From Aneurinibacillus sp. (lineage in GTDB: Bacteria; Bacillota; UBA5301; DYFA01), in contig DYFA01000008.1 in assembly GCA_020725425.1 (NCBI GenBank), positions 27,993 through 91,992 of the forward strand: 64,000 nucleotides of DNA. The letters are read 5' to 3'. The notes beneath the pieces are model-generated. The model was given only the letters and a program-made list of their open reading frames with translations. It was not told the DNA's origin and ran no database searches. Position 1 is the first letter of the stretch. Each line of letters starts with the position of its first letter. This document shows positions 55,855 through 64,000 of this stretch, piece by piece. The translations under genes were made by a program, and so were the position numbers.

Positions 55855-56958
55855 CTACTTCTTCTTCGCCTGCCAGGCGTGGAGGACGAGCGCCACGGCG
55901 ATGACTCCGTAGGCCAGGAAGACCCGGAAGTACTCCCCCACCTGCGGGATGCCGAAGATCTTCTGCCCGGCGAGCGGCGACACCACGAACAGGGTGTGGA
56001 AGAGGATCACTCCGACCAGGGCGTTCCAGATGCTCGCCCGCCGGGAGGTGGCACCCCCCACCAGGAGGGCGGCGATGGAGAACGTGCCCACCTGCTCGTG
56101 GCTGTTGTAGGTGTTCATCGTCCCAATGTTCTGGAGGAAGATGAGCTGCCCCCAGGCCGCCAGGACCGTGGAGATGATGATGGCGATGATCCGGGTCCGG
56201 TCGACGTCGATGCCGGCCACCTCGGCTACGTGCATGTCCTGCCCGACCGCTCTCATCTGTTGGCCAAGCCTGGTGCGGATGAGGAAGGAGATCACAAGGC
56301 AAAGCAACGCAGTCACGACGAAGGTGAAGAGCGGAACGCGGTAGGGCCCTACCATCAGCGTCCCGAAGAAGGCGTTATCCAGGGCGTTCGAGATCTCGAT
56401 CAGGTCCACGGTATTCCGGAGGCCAATGCCTGAGGGCAGCATCAGCACGGGGTTCTCCATCGGGATGAGTGTCCCGACGAGCACCAGGAAGACCAGCTGG
56501 TACAAGCCGTTGGCGAAGAAGCCCATGATGAGGCTGGTGACCATTTCCCGGCCTTTGGCCCGGTTCAGCACCCGACCGGTCAGCCAGCCGAAGAGGACCG
56601 CGAAGGGCACCGCCAGGACCGCCGCCAGCCCCACCCCGGCCAGGCCCGCCACCTCGTAGTGGGTGACGATGACCAGCGCCATCTGGGCTGCCATGGCCCC
56701 GATGACAATACCGAAGTTGAGGCCGAGCCCAGCCATGATCGGCACGAGGAGGGACAGGACCAGGAAGGAGTTCCGGGCCAAGCGCGTGATCAACTCGTTG
56801 ATCAGATAGTTCACGTCCAGCCGGGCCGCCACGACCATCGCCACGCAGAGAACGGTGAAAAAGAGCGGGACGGACCCCCGGGTGAAGATGGTCTGGACCG
56901 CCCGGCGCGGGCGGGGGGTCGTAGTGGTCGCAGTGGTTGCCGCAGATTGTGCCGTCAT
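55855..56958 (-). CDS. ABC transporter permease (BMP/nucleoside-simple-sugar family, YufQ-like)
   Basis: Multi-TM (about 9-10 hydrophobic segments); it forms an operon with the next permease and a tandem-domain ATPase. Confidence 0.8.
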   Translation of the reverse strand: MTAQSAATTATTTTPRPRRAVQTIFTRGSVPLFFTVLCVAMVVAARLDVNYLINELITRLARNSFLVLSLLVPIMAGLGLNFGIVIGAMAAQMALVIVTHYEVAGLAGVGLAAVLAVPFAVLFGWLTGRVLNRAKGREMVTSLIMGFFANGLYQLVFLVLVGTLIPMENPVLMLPSGIGLRNTVDLIEISNALDNAFFGTLMVGPYRVPLFTFVVTALLCLVISFLIRTRLGQQMRAVGQDMHVAEVAGIDVDRTRIIAIIISTVLAAWGQLIFLQNIGTMNTYNSHEQVGTFSIAALLVGGATSRRASIWNALVGVILFHTLFVVSPLAGQKIFGIPQVGEYFRVFLAYGVIAVALVLHAWQAKKK

Positions 56959-56962
56959 CGTG

Positions 56963-58012
56963 CTACCTCCTTCCCGCCCTGGTCAAGGCGTAGAGAATCA
57001 TGCCATTCTGGATGATCCCCCGGGCGATCTCGCTGATGTCCGCCCCCCGAAGGACCGTCTGGGTGACCGGGAGGGCGATGGTAAGCAGGGTGTGAAAGAG
57101 AGTGGTCCCGATGATCACGTTCCCGATGGAGGCCTTGCTGAGCGTGGCCCCGCCGATGAGGATGGCCGCCACAGCCGGAAAGGCCATGTACAGCGGGGCG
57201 GTGTAGAGCTGGAGGAACCCGTAGCTCTGGGCGTACACGAGGATACCGATGGCGCCCAGGACGGTGGAGAGAATGATGCCCGCCGCCCGCATGGCCCGCA
57301 CGTTGATGCCGGAGGAGGTGGCGTACGCCGGGTTCGAGCCGGCGGCCAGCATCGCCAGCCCTGTCCGGGAGCGGAAGAAGAGCCAGGCAAGGAGGCAGAA
57401 GGCGGCAAAGAAAGCGAGGAGCCCCGTCGGGACAGTTACACCCAGCACCGTGAAGGAGAGCCAGTTATTCAGGACCTTGCCGAAGTTGCTGCCCAGGGTG
57501 AGGGTATAGCGGAGCCCCGAGCCTCCGATGGCGAAGATGAGGGCCGGATTCTTGAAGGGGGCCATCAACCAGAAGATGCACATCACGGAGACGATGGCAA
57601 ACCCCACGTAAGTCCCGACCATCATCTCCTGGCCCCGGACCCGGTCTAGGAGCAAGGCGTACAGGTAACCGGCCAGGACGCCCAGGGGCAGGGCGAAACC
57701 GACGGCGGCGAAGAACCCGCCGAACCCGCTGAGGTTCAGGTTCAGGGCGATGACCCCGCCGACCAGGCCGCAGACGATGCCGACCGGCAGCCCGAAGTTG
57801 AGCCCGGTGCCACTGACCAGCGTCGGCAGCATGGCGAGGACGAGGAGCCCGTTCATGCCGACGCGGACCAGTGAATCGCTGAGCAGGATCGTCAGGTCCA
57901 TCTGCATGACGAAAGCCAAAACGAACAGACTCAAGACGAATCCGGTGATGATGAGGCGCGGCAGCCCGAACCCCTCCACCAGGCCGGCGCAGGCTTGAAC
58001 GATCGCTTTCAT
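56963..58012 (-). CDS. ABC transporter permease (BMP family, YufP-like)
   Basis: Multi-TM; 4-nt gap to the downstream permease. Confidence 0.8.
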   Translation of the reverse strand: MKAIVQACAGLVEGFGLPRLIITGFVLSLFVLAFVMQMDLTILLSDSLVRVGMNGLLVLAMLPTLVSGTGLNFGLPVGIVCGLVGGVIALNLNLSGFGGFFAAVGFALPLGVLAGYLYALLLDRVRGQEMMVGTYVGFAIVSVMCIFWLMAPFKNPALIFAIGGSGLRYTLTLGSNFGKVLNNWLSFTVLGVTVPTGLLAFFAAFCLLAWLFFRSRTGLAMLAAGSNPAYATSSGINVRAMRAAGIILSTVLGAIGILVYAQSYGFLQLYTAPLYMAFPAVAAILIGGATLSKASIGNVIIGTTLFHTLLTIALPVTQTVLRGADISEIARGIIQNGMILYALTRAGRR

Positions 58013-58013
58013 C

Positions 58014-59618
58014 TCAACTGACCTCCTTCCGGGCGCCTGCCTTGCCGGCCATCATCAGGCCGAAGTCGACGTCGGGGGCGTCGGGCGGGAGGATCCCCGC
58101 CAGCTTTCCTTCGTAGACGATGGCGATGCGGTCGCAGATCTTCCGCAGTTCGGCCAGTTCGCTCGAGGTCATGATGATGGTCATACCGTGATCCCGGTTG
58201 AACTTGACGAGCAGGTCCAAGACAAGCTGCTTCGCCCCCACGTCGATCCCCCGGGTCGGCTCGGAGACCCAGAGAACCTCCGGCTGGAGGGTGAAGGCCC
58301 GGGCCAGGCAGACCTTCTGCTGGTTGCCGCCGGAGAGACGACGCACCAGCTGGGCCGGCCCGGTGCAACGGATATCCAGTTCCTCGATCATCTTCAGGGC
58401 GTGGGCCCGGATGGCCTTGCGGTTCGCAAGGCGCAGGGGCGCCAGGGGTCCTGGATGGAGGAACTTGTCCTGGGCCTGCATGGCGGTGAGGGCGATGTTC
58501 AGCTCGAGGGACTCATCCAACAGCAGACCTACCCCGCGGCGGTCCTCGGAGACGAAGCCCATCCCCGCCCGGAGCGCCTTCCGGGAGTCGCCGAGCGCCA
58601 CCGGCACCCCGTCCTTCACCACCCGCCCGGTCGCAGGGTAGAGCCCCATGACGCCGTTGGCGATCCCCAGCTTGCCGTGGCCGCCGAGGCCGCCGATCCC
58701 CAGGATCTCGCCCCGGCGCACCTTGAGGCTGAGCCCCTTCACCCGCTCCCCGGGCATCTCCACCCGGAGATCCTCGAGTTCCAGGACCACGTCACTCTCT
58801 TTGGGCTCCGAACGGCGGGGCGGCAGTTCCGCCCGGACTACCTTCCGCCCCACCATCAACTGGGCGATCCGCTCCACCTGGGCCTCGCTTCGAGGCATGC
58901 GGGCGACCACCTCGCCATCTCGCAGGATGGTGATGTTGTGGCTGACGGCCATCACTTCATCCAGGCGGTGGGTGATGAAGAGGATGGCGATGCCTTCGGC
59001 GGCCAGCCGCTTCATGGCGTCCAGGAGCAGTTCTGCCTCGCTCTCGGTCAGGACGGCCGTGGGCTCGTCGAAGACCAGCAGGCGGGCGTTCTTCTTATCC
59101 AGTTCCCGGGCGATCTCGACGAACTGCATGTACCCCACCGGTAACCCCGCCACGGGGGCCCACTCGTCAATGGTGAGGCCGAGCTTCCCGAGGGCCTCCC
59201 GGGCGTGTGCCCGCATGGCCTTTTCGTCCAAAGTCTCAAACGGCGGGCCGAAGAGTCGGCTCACCGGGTTTTGTCGCGTTATCTCCCGATTCAACTTGAT
59301 GTTCTCGGTGATGGTGAACGCGGGCAACAGCATGAACTCCTGGTGGACCATGCCGATCCCCAGGTCCATGGCTTGCCTGGGCGAGGTGATGGTAACCCTT
59401 TCCCCGCCCAAGAGGATCTCGCCCTCGAACCCGCCGGTCTCCTGGATGACCGGCATCCCGAAGAGCACGTTCATCAGGGTGGACTTGCCCGCCCCGTTCT
59501 CGCCGACCAGGGCGTGGATCTCACCGGGCTGCACCGACAGATCGACGTTTTTCAGGACGGTGGTTCCGAAGTAGCTTTTGGTGATGCCACGTAATTCCAG
59601 GACGTTCACGCCGGACAT
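58014..59618 (-). CDS. ABC transporter ATP-binding protein with duplicated nucleotide-binding domains (BMP/sugar-nucleoside type)
   Basis: MSGVNVLELRGITKSYFGTTVLKNVDLSVQPGEIHALVGENGAGKSTLMNVLFG..., plus a second NBD (...RRLSGGNQQKVCLARAF...). Start refined to the ATG at 59618 (GGGAGGAGG 6 nt upstream). The 106-aa ORF-track N-extension was rejected. Confidence 0.85.
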   Translation of the reverse strand: MSGVNVLELRGITKSYFGTTVLKNVDLSVQPGEIHALVGENGAGKSTLMNVLFGMPVIQETGGFEGEILLGGERVTITSPRQAMDLGIGMVHQEFMLLPAFTITENIKLNREITRQNPVSRLFGPPFETLDEKAMRAHAREALGKLGLTIDEWAPVAGLPVGYMQFVEIARELDKKNARLLVFDEPTAVLTESEAELLLDAMKRLAAEGIAILFITHRLDEVMAVSHNITILRDGEVVARMPRSEAQVERIAQLMVGRKVVRAELPPRRSEPKESDVVLELEDLRVEMPGERVKGLSLKVRRGEILGIGGLGGHGKLGIANGVMGLYPATGRVVKDGVPVALGDSRKALRAGMGFVSEDRRGVGLLLDESLELNIALTAMQAQDKFLHPGPLAPLRLANRKAIRAHALKMIEELDIRCTGPAQLVRRLSGGNQQKVCLARAFTLQPEVLWVSEPTRGIDVGAKQLVLDLLVKFNRDHGMTIIMTSSELAELRKICDRIAIVYEGKLAGILPPDAPDVDFGLMMAGKAGARKEVS

Positions 59619-59668
59619 GCATAACCTCCTCCCGGTGCCGGAGCAACGCCTGTCGCCCGGGCCGTCAG

Positions 59669-59702
59669 GCGCAAGAGAGTGCGAGGGCCGGGTCTGGCCC
59701 GG
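59669..59702 (-). terminator. Strong hairpin (GTGCGAGGGCCGGG-tctgg-CCCGGCACCTCGCAC) between the substrate-binding-protein gene and the ATPase gene; likely intra-operon attenuator or terminator
   Basis: Inverted repeat read directly. No U-tract, which is common in high-GC genomes. Confidence 0.35.
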
Positions 59703-59728
59703 CACCTCGCACCTCTCAGGTCTTAGTC

Positions 59729-60832
59729 TTACTTCCCGAAGATGACCGAGCCGACGAGGTACATGTAGAAGTTGCCCTTGTCGCTCAGCTTCTCGAAGTC
59801 CATGGTGGAGCCGGCCTCGGCCTCGACGACCTTCTTGACCGCGTTCAGGTCCTTGAGGTTGAGCTTCTTCTCCACGGCGAGCTTCGCCAGCTCGATGCCG
59901 GCGGTGGTGTTCAGATAGCCGGTGGCCACCGGCCAAGTGGCGAAGCGGCCGGCGGCGCCGCGCTTTTTGATCTCGGCGCTGATCGCCTTGGTGATCGCCG
60001 GGAAGTTGCCCTTCATGTCATCGGTGATCTTCAGGCCCAACGCGCCGGGATACCCGTGGGTCGGGCTCGGGCAGCACTGCTCGGGGAAGATGCACCCCGC
60101 GTCGAGGGAGGCCTTGATGAGCGGCTCCTGCATACCGCAGTTGGTCGAGAAGACCGCGATGTCCTTGCCGTGCTTGGCCACTTGCCTTGGCACGTCCTCC
60201 AGGATGAACTGCTGGGCCGCCGGAAGGCCGCCCTCGCCCATCGGATCAGGCGCCGTCACGAAAATGAACTCGATCCCGAGCTTCTCGCACTCCTTCTTCA
60301 TGATGTCGCGCCGCTCAGCGAGCTGCTGGTAGGACATGTGGCGCGGGAAGGAGTAGTGAAGGAACTTCTTGGCGCCCATCTTCTTGGCCAACTGGATGAT
60401 GGACTTGCCGCGGGCAGGGTTGTTCGGGATGAGCGCGGCGTCGGCGTACCTCTCCACCATCGGCGGGTCCTCGTGCGGTTCGCCCAGGATGAAGATGATG
60501 TCCGGGCGGGTCTCTTTGACCTTCCGGATGGCCGCCACCGTCCCCGGCACAGCCTGGTTGATCACGATGGCCTTGACGTCCTTGTCGGCCGCCAGACCGG
60601 TGATCTGGGCGATGGTGGTCTCCTGCTCCTGCATGAAGTTGTCGGGATAAGTTACGTGCTTGATAAGGCCCGGGTACTTGCGGATGGCTGCTTCAGCGCC
60701 CCGGTACTCGTCCTCGTTCTGGGAGACGGTCCCGGTCACAACGCCGATCTTGTAGGACGGCGCGGCGCTGACCAGGGCAATCGAGCCCAGGACCAGGCCC
60801 AAGGCGACCAGCAGGACTACCAACTTCTTCAC
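59729..60832 (-). CDS. ABC transporter substrate-binding protein (periplasmic-binding-protein fold; probable ligand receptor of the downstream BMP-type ABC system)
   Basis: Start refined to the GTG at 60832 (MKKLVVLLVALGLVLGSIALVSA signal peptide; AGAGGAGG 8 nt upstream). YKIGVVTGTVSQNEDEYRG... resembles BMP/DUF3798-type binding proteins. Confidence 0.7.
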   Translation of the reverse strand: MKKLVVLLVALGLVLGSIALVSAAPSYKIGVVTGTVSQNEDEYRGAEAAIRKYPGLIKHVTYPDNFMQEQETTIAQITGLAADKDVKAIVINQAVPGTVAAIRKVKETRPDIIFILGEPHEDPPMVERYADAALIPNNPARGKSIIQLAKKMGAKKFLHYSFPRHMSYQQLAERRDIMKKECEKLGIEFIFVTAPDPMGEGGLPAAQQFILEDVPRQVAKHGKDIAVFSTNCGMQEPLIKASLDAGCIFPEQCCPSPTHGYPGALGLKITDDMKGNFPAITKAISAEIKKRGAAGRFATWPVATGYLNTTAGIELAKLAVEKKLNLKDLNAVKKVVEAEAGSTMDFEKLSDKGNFYMYLVGSVIFGK

Positions 60833-60922
60833 ACTCTCAGCCTCCTCTTTTCTCTTGTTCGCACTGGATGCCTTTGAATAGTGCACCATAAAGATTAAAC
60901 ACCGAAGAACAATTTCCTTTCG

Positions 60923-61864
60923 TCAGGTGAAAAGGTCGATTTGCTGAAGGCTGGCCCCTATACCAGCCTGTTTCAGCGGGGTCAGCGCATCCGCCCCGTT
61001 CGGACCCTTCGTCCAAATCTGGAGTTGATGATAGATGGGGTCGGCCTCGTCGATCCACCGGTTCCCGTCCGCGTCGTACGCCGCCAGCTCCCCCAATCCG
61101 TCTCCCGTCGTCGGGCCGAACAGCTCGCGGCCGTCGTTGATCTCCCCGTCGCCGTTGCGGTCCAGGGCCAGGAAACCGCTGCCGGGCTTCACGAAGTGGA
61201 TGTCCTCCGGCCGGCCGTCGAAATTGAGATCGAACTGGAAGGCCGTATCCGCGAGCTCGGTGGCCAGCCCGTCGAAGTTGATCACCAGGGGGTCGACCTT
61301 GAGGGCGTCGCCGGCCCGGAGCTCGAACCGCGTCCGGGACATGAATTCGCGGGAGGCGGTGAGTTCAAGGCGAAACTTGATCTCCTGGCCGTCGCGGGTC
61401 CGGACGACGCCTTCGGCAGTGAAGGACAGCTCCTGACGTTCGGCGTACGTCTGTTCCTCGGTGTAGGAGACGCCCCATCCCTGGCGCTCCTCGACCGCCG
61501 CCCGCTCCGGCTCCCGGCGACAGTGTTCGGCGCAGTTGCGGGCCTCGACGGGCTGGAAGTCCTTCGCTTTCAGGATGCGGATCCTGCGGCCGGTGAGATA
61601 CTCGATGATGAGCTTGGCCAGCCGCATCCGGGGGTCGAGTTCGTCTTCAAGTTCGTCCAGGGGCGGCTGGTCTTCAGTCCTGGCTGCCTTGACTTTGCTC
61701 TCGGGGGACAACTCCAGGCGGTCGGCGGGAGAAGCTGGGGGACGAGTTGCGGGTTGGTCGACCGGACGGTCGCCCACCCATACCGTCAAGCTGGCACTCT
61801 CCGTGTGACGCTCGACGTACTGGTAGCTGGCCGCCAGCGAGATGCTACCCTCCGTGATGAACAT
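60923..61864 (-). CDS. Hypothetical protein with EF-hand/dockerin-like calcium-binding loops
   Basis: LDRNGDGEINDGRELFG and YDADGNRWIDEADP loops. Acidic N-region. No signal peptide recognised. Confidence 0.45.
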   Translation of the reverse strand: MFITEGSISLAASYQYVERHTESASLTVWVGDRPVDQPATRPPASPADRLELSPESKVKAARTEDQPPLDELEDELDPRMRLAKLIIEYLTGRRIRILKAKDFQPVEARNCAEHCRREPERAAVEERQGWGVSYTEEQTYAERQELSFTAEGVVRTRDGQEIKFRLELTASREFMSRTRFELRAGDALKVDPLVINFDGLATELADTAFQFDLNFDGRPEDIHFVKPGSGFLALDRNGDGEINDGRELFGPTTGDGLGELAAYDADGNRWIDEADPIYHQLQIWTKGPNGADALTPLKQAGIGASLQQIDLFT

Positions 61865-61946
61865 CTGCGCTCGCCACCTTTTCCCGGCATTATGCCTTTT
61901 AGCAATGGATCGGCCGCCGGGCGGCCGACCTTTAGCGGCTCGGCCT

Positions 61947-63614
61947 TCACCAGACAGCCACAGCCGTCCCTCCCGGGAAGGTGTGCAGCTCTCTCGGCCG
62001 GCGCGCCGCCGGCTGATTCTGCACCAGAGCAGTGAGGGCTTTCCCCTCGGCCAGCAGAAGGAGACGCTCCTCGGGCAGGGCCGGCCGGGCGGCCCGCTCG
62101 TCCAGTATCCGGGAGAGCTCCGCCGGGGTCACAGTCTGAACCGGGGGGAGGACATAGTACTCCACAAAGGGGTTATGGGTCTCATTGACCAGGAGCACCC
62201 GGTCTCCCGGCCGGGCCAGGTCGTTCACCGTCCGGGCGGCGGCCGGCCAGGGGTTCACGAGGTAGATGTGCCGCTCGAGCTGGGTAAAGACGATCAGATA
62301 GGCCAGAAAGGCGCCACCCGCCAGGAGCACGACCGAGGCCAGCGGCCGGCGGAGGAGGCCGGCGGCGGCGGAGGCGATGAGGGCGCACAGAAAGACAGCC
62401 AGGAAGGGCAGGAGCACGGGGACCAGCCCCTGCTGCGCCTGAGGGAAGCGGGGCACGGTGCTCAAGACCCCCGCGACCAGAAGGAGCCCGGCCGCCAGGG
62501 TGAACCAGGAGATCCGGCGGTACTCGGTCAGGCGCCGTCGGCGGCTTTCTTCCCCGGTCTCATCCCGGCTGAGCAGCAGGTGGAGAAAGCGGCCGGTCAG
62601 GAGAGCCAGGGGGGGCAGGGACGGCAGGAGGTAGCGAATCACCCGCCAGCGGATGGTAAGGGGCAGGAAGAACGCCACCAGAAACCAGCTGAGCAGGAAG
62701 AGAGCCGCCCACCCTTCCCGCTGCTGTCGCCGGGTCAGCGCCTCCTGCACGCCCAGCTTCAGGGCGGAGACGAGCAGCCCCGCCCAGGGTAGAACGGCCA
62801 GGATCAGCAGCGGGACGTACGCCAAAGGTCCGCCGGGAGACGCCGGGGCGATGTCCTTCAGATAGCGGACGTTGCCCGCGCCGAAGAAGTAGTTGAGGAA
62901 GGACGGGCCTAACAGCCGGTACTCCAGGTAGTACCAGGGCACCGCCGTCAGGAGAAAGGCGGCGAACCCGGCCAGGAAGGCCGGAAGCGACGGGAGACGA
63001 GCTCCCTCCCGGGTCGCACCCGGCAGAAGCAGACGCAGGCCCAGGTAGAGTGCGACCACCCCAACCGGCAACACCACCCCCTGCAAGCCGCGGGTCAGCA
63101 CCGCGAGCCCGGTGGAAGCGCCGGCGAGGAGCCAGTCGGCGAGACGGCCCTCCGCCACCCACCGGAGAAGCGCCCAGAAGCTGAGCAGGGAGAAGAAGAG
63201 CAACGGCACATCCTGCTGGGGGACCTGCCCCATGTACGCCATGAGGAAGGAGGTGGCGAAGACAACCCCGCCCCAGAAGGCTTCCTTAGGGGAGTAGAGG
63301 CGCCGCCCGATAGCGTAGGTGAGCAGCACCGAGCCCACAGCCAGAAGGGAGTGCCAGCCCCGCGTGGCCCAGTCATGGAAGCCGAAAAGCCTGTAGGAAA
63401 GGGCCATGGGCCAGATGCTCAACGGCGGCTTGTCGACGAAATCGTCTCCCCGGTAGTGCAGGGTCAGCCAGTCGCCAGTGGCGAGGATGTTGCGGGCGAT
63501 CTTCCCGTAGTAGGCAGTGTCACCGTCGGTCAGCGGCATGCCGACCTTGAAGAAGAACAACACCGCCGCCAGGGCGAGAAGGACCAGGAAGGACCGGCGC
63601 TCTCCCGCCGTCAT
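61947..63614 (-). CDS. arnT: ArnT/PMT-family (GT83/GT39) polyprenyl-phosphate-sugar-dependent glycosyltransferase
   Basis: 555 aa. N-terminal MPLTDGDTAYYGKIARNILATGDWLTLHYRGDDFVDKPPLSIW contains the DxD/DKPPL signature of ArnT and PMT enzymes. About 11 TM segments. Confidence 0.7.
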   Translation of the reverse strand: MTAGERRSFLVLLALAAVLFFFKVGMPLTDGDTAYYGKIARNILATGDWLTLHYRGDDFVDKPPLSIWPMALSYRLFGFHDWATRGWHSLLAVGSVLLTYAIGRRLYSPKEAFWGGVVFATSFLMAYMGQVPQQDVPLLFFSLLSFWALLRWVAEGRLADWLLAGASTGLAVLTRGLQGVVLPVGVVALYLGLRLLLPGATREGARLPSLPAFLAGFAAFLLTAVPWYYLEYRLLGPSFLNYFFGAGNVRYLKDIAPASPGGPLAYVPLLILAVLPWAGLLVSALKLGVQEALTRRQQREGWAALFLLSWFLVAFFLPLTIRWRVIRYLLPSLPPLALLTGRFLHLLLSRDETGEESRRRRLTEYRRISWFTLAAGLLLVAGVLSTVPRFPQAQQGLVPVLLPFLAVFLCALIASAAAGLLRRPLASVVLLAGGAFLAYLIVFTQLERHIYLVNPWPAAARTVNDLARPGDRVLLVNETHNPFVEYYVLPPVQTVTPAELSRILDERAARPALPEERLLLLAEGKALTALVQNQPAARRPRELHTFPGGTAVAVW

Positions 63615-64000
63615 CTGCGTACCCTCCTCGGCTGCGGCCAGCCCGGAGCCAGCCGCGCCATGAGCCGAAGGTAGTCCAGGATGGTCGCCACCACCTTCAT
63701 CTTGCTGCCGCCGCGCTTCTGGTCGTAGCGCAGAACCAGCGGGACCTCGGCCGCCCGGGCGCCGAGAGTTCCGGTCTTGAGCAGGATTTCAGCCATGGCG
63801 GAGAAGGTGGTCGACTCCACCACCCTGTCTCCGTAGTATTCGAAGAGCCTCTTCAACATCCCGGCCCGATAGGCTCGGTAACCGCAGGTGTAGTCCCTTA
63901 CGCCCGGTATGGGCAGGAGAACCGCGAGCATCCGGTTGACGGCGTAACTCAGAAAGCGCCGGAGGAGGGAGAGCCCGACCTCCCTGGCTCCCGGCTGGTA
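63611..64000 (-). CDS. Polyprenyl-phosphate glycosyltransferase (GT2, ArnC/DPM1-like), C-terminal part; the 5' end lies beyond the window
   Basis: The frame is open to position 64000 (...YQPGAREVGLSLLRRFLSYAVNRMLAVLLPIPGVRDYTCGYRAYRAGMLKRL...), as in ArnC-type enzymes. It overlaps the arnT-like start by 4 nt. Confidence 0.7.
   Translation of the reverse strand, partial: YQPGAREVGLSLLRRFLSYAVNRMLAVLLPIPGVRDYTCGYRAYRAGMLKRLFEYYGDRVVESTTFSAMAEILLKTGTLGARAAEVPLVLRYDQKRGGSKMKVVATILDYLRLMARLAPGWPQPRRVRR

Overview
The window is a ~64-kb, very GC-rich (about 70%) bacterial chromosomal segment, and almost every gene is on the minus strand. It spans the end of an ATP-synthase operon (atpH, atpA), a large contiguous outer-membrane (OM) biogenesis and LPS supercluster, a conserved Firmicute sporulation block, groES-groEL, a multiheme c-type cytochrome, a sugar/nucleoside-type ABC importer, and an ArnT/ArnC-like lipid-glycosylation pair.

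The supercluster carries lipid A genes (lpxA, lpxC, lpxD, lpxI, lpxB plus two LpxB-like paralogues, fabZ), a full Lpt pathway split into two modules (lptC-lptA-lptB-lptF and lptG-lptD-lptC'-lptA'), skp, bamA, a TamB-like 1605-aa protein and the flagellar outer-ring genes flgA/flgH/flgI. These are fused to sporulation genes: spoIVB and murA-spoIID-(M23 peptidase)-spoIIID-mreB/mbl-flgF-flgG. The groES-groEL locus has a textbook CIRCE operator.

The combination of endospore genes with LPS/Bam/Lpt/L-P-ring genes points to a sporulating diderm (OM-bearing) Firmicute of the Limnochordia / Negativicutes-like type. That is an inference from gene content only. Start codons were refined by eye; GTG and TTG starts with GGAGG-like ribosome-binding sites are frequent.

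The least-explained, potentially novel elements are:
- an FtsE/LolD-like ATPase plus an 824-aa FtsX/MacB-topology permease with a ~600-aa coiled-coil periplasmic domain, inserted between lpxC and the second lptA (17761..21124);
- tandem LpxB paralogues with an embedded sugar-1-phosphate nucleotidyltransferase (9725..14580);
- unannotated secreted, coiled-coil and β-barrel-like proteins in the bamA-skp-lpxD core;
- a sigma / anti-sigma pair directly upstream of bamA;
- a perfect 10-bp inverted repeat overlapping a σE-like promoter and the Shine-Dalgarno of spoIIID.

No CRISPR array, tRNA/rRNA or mobile element was recognised.
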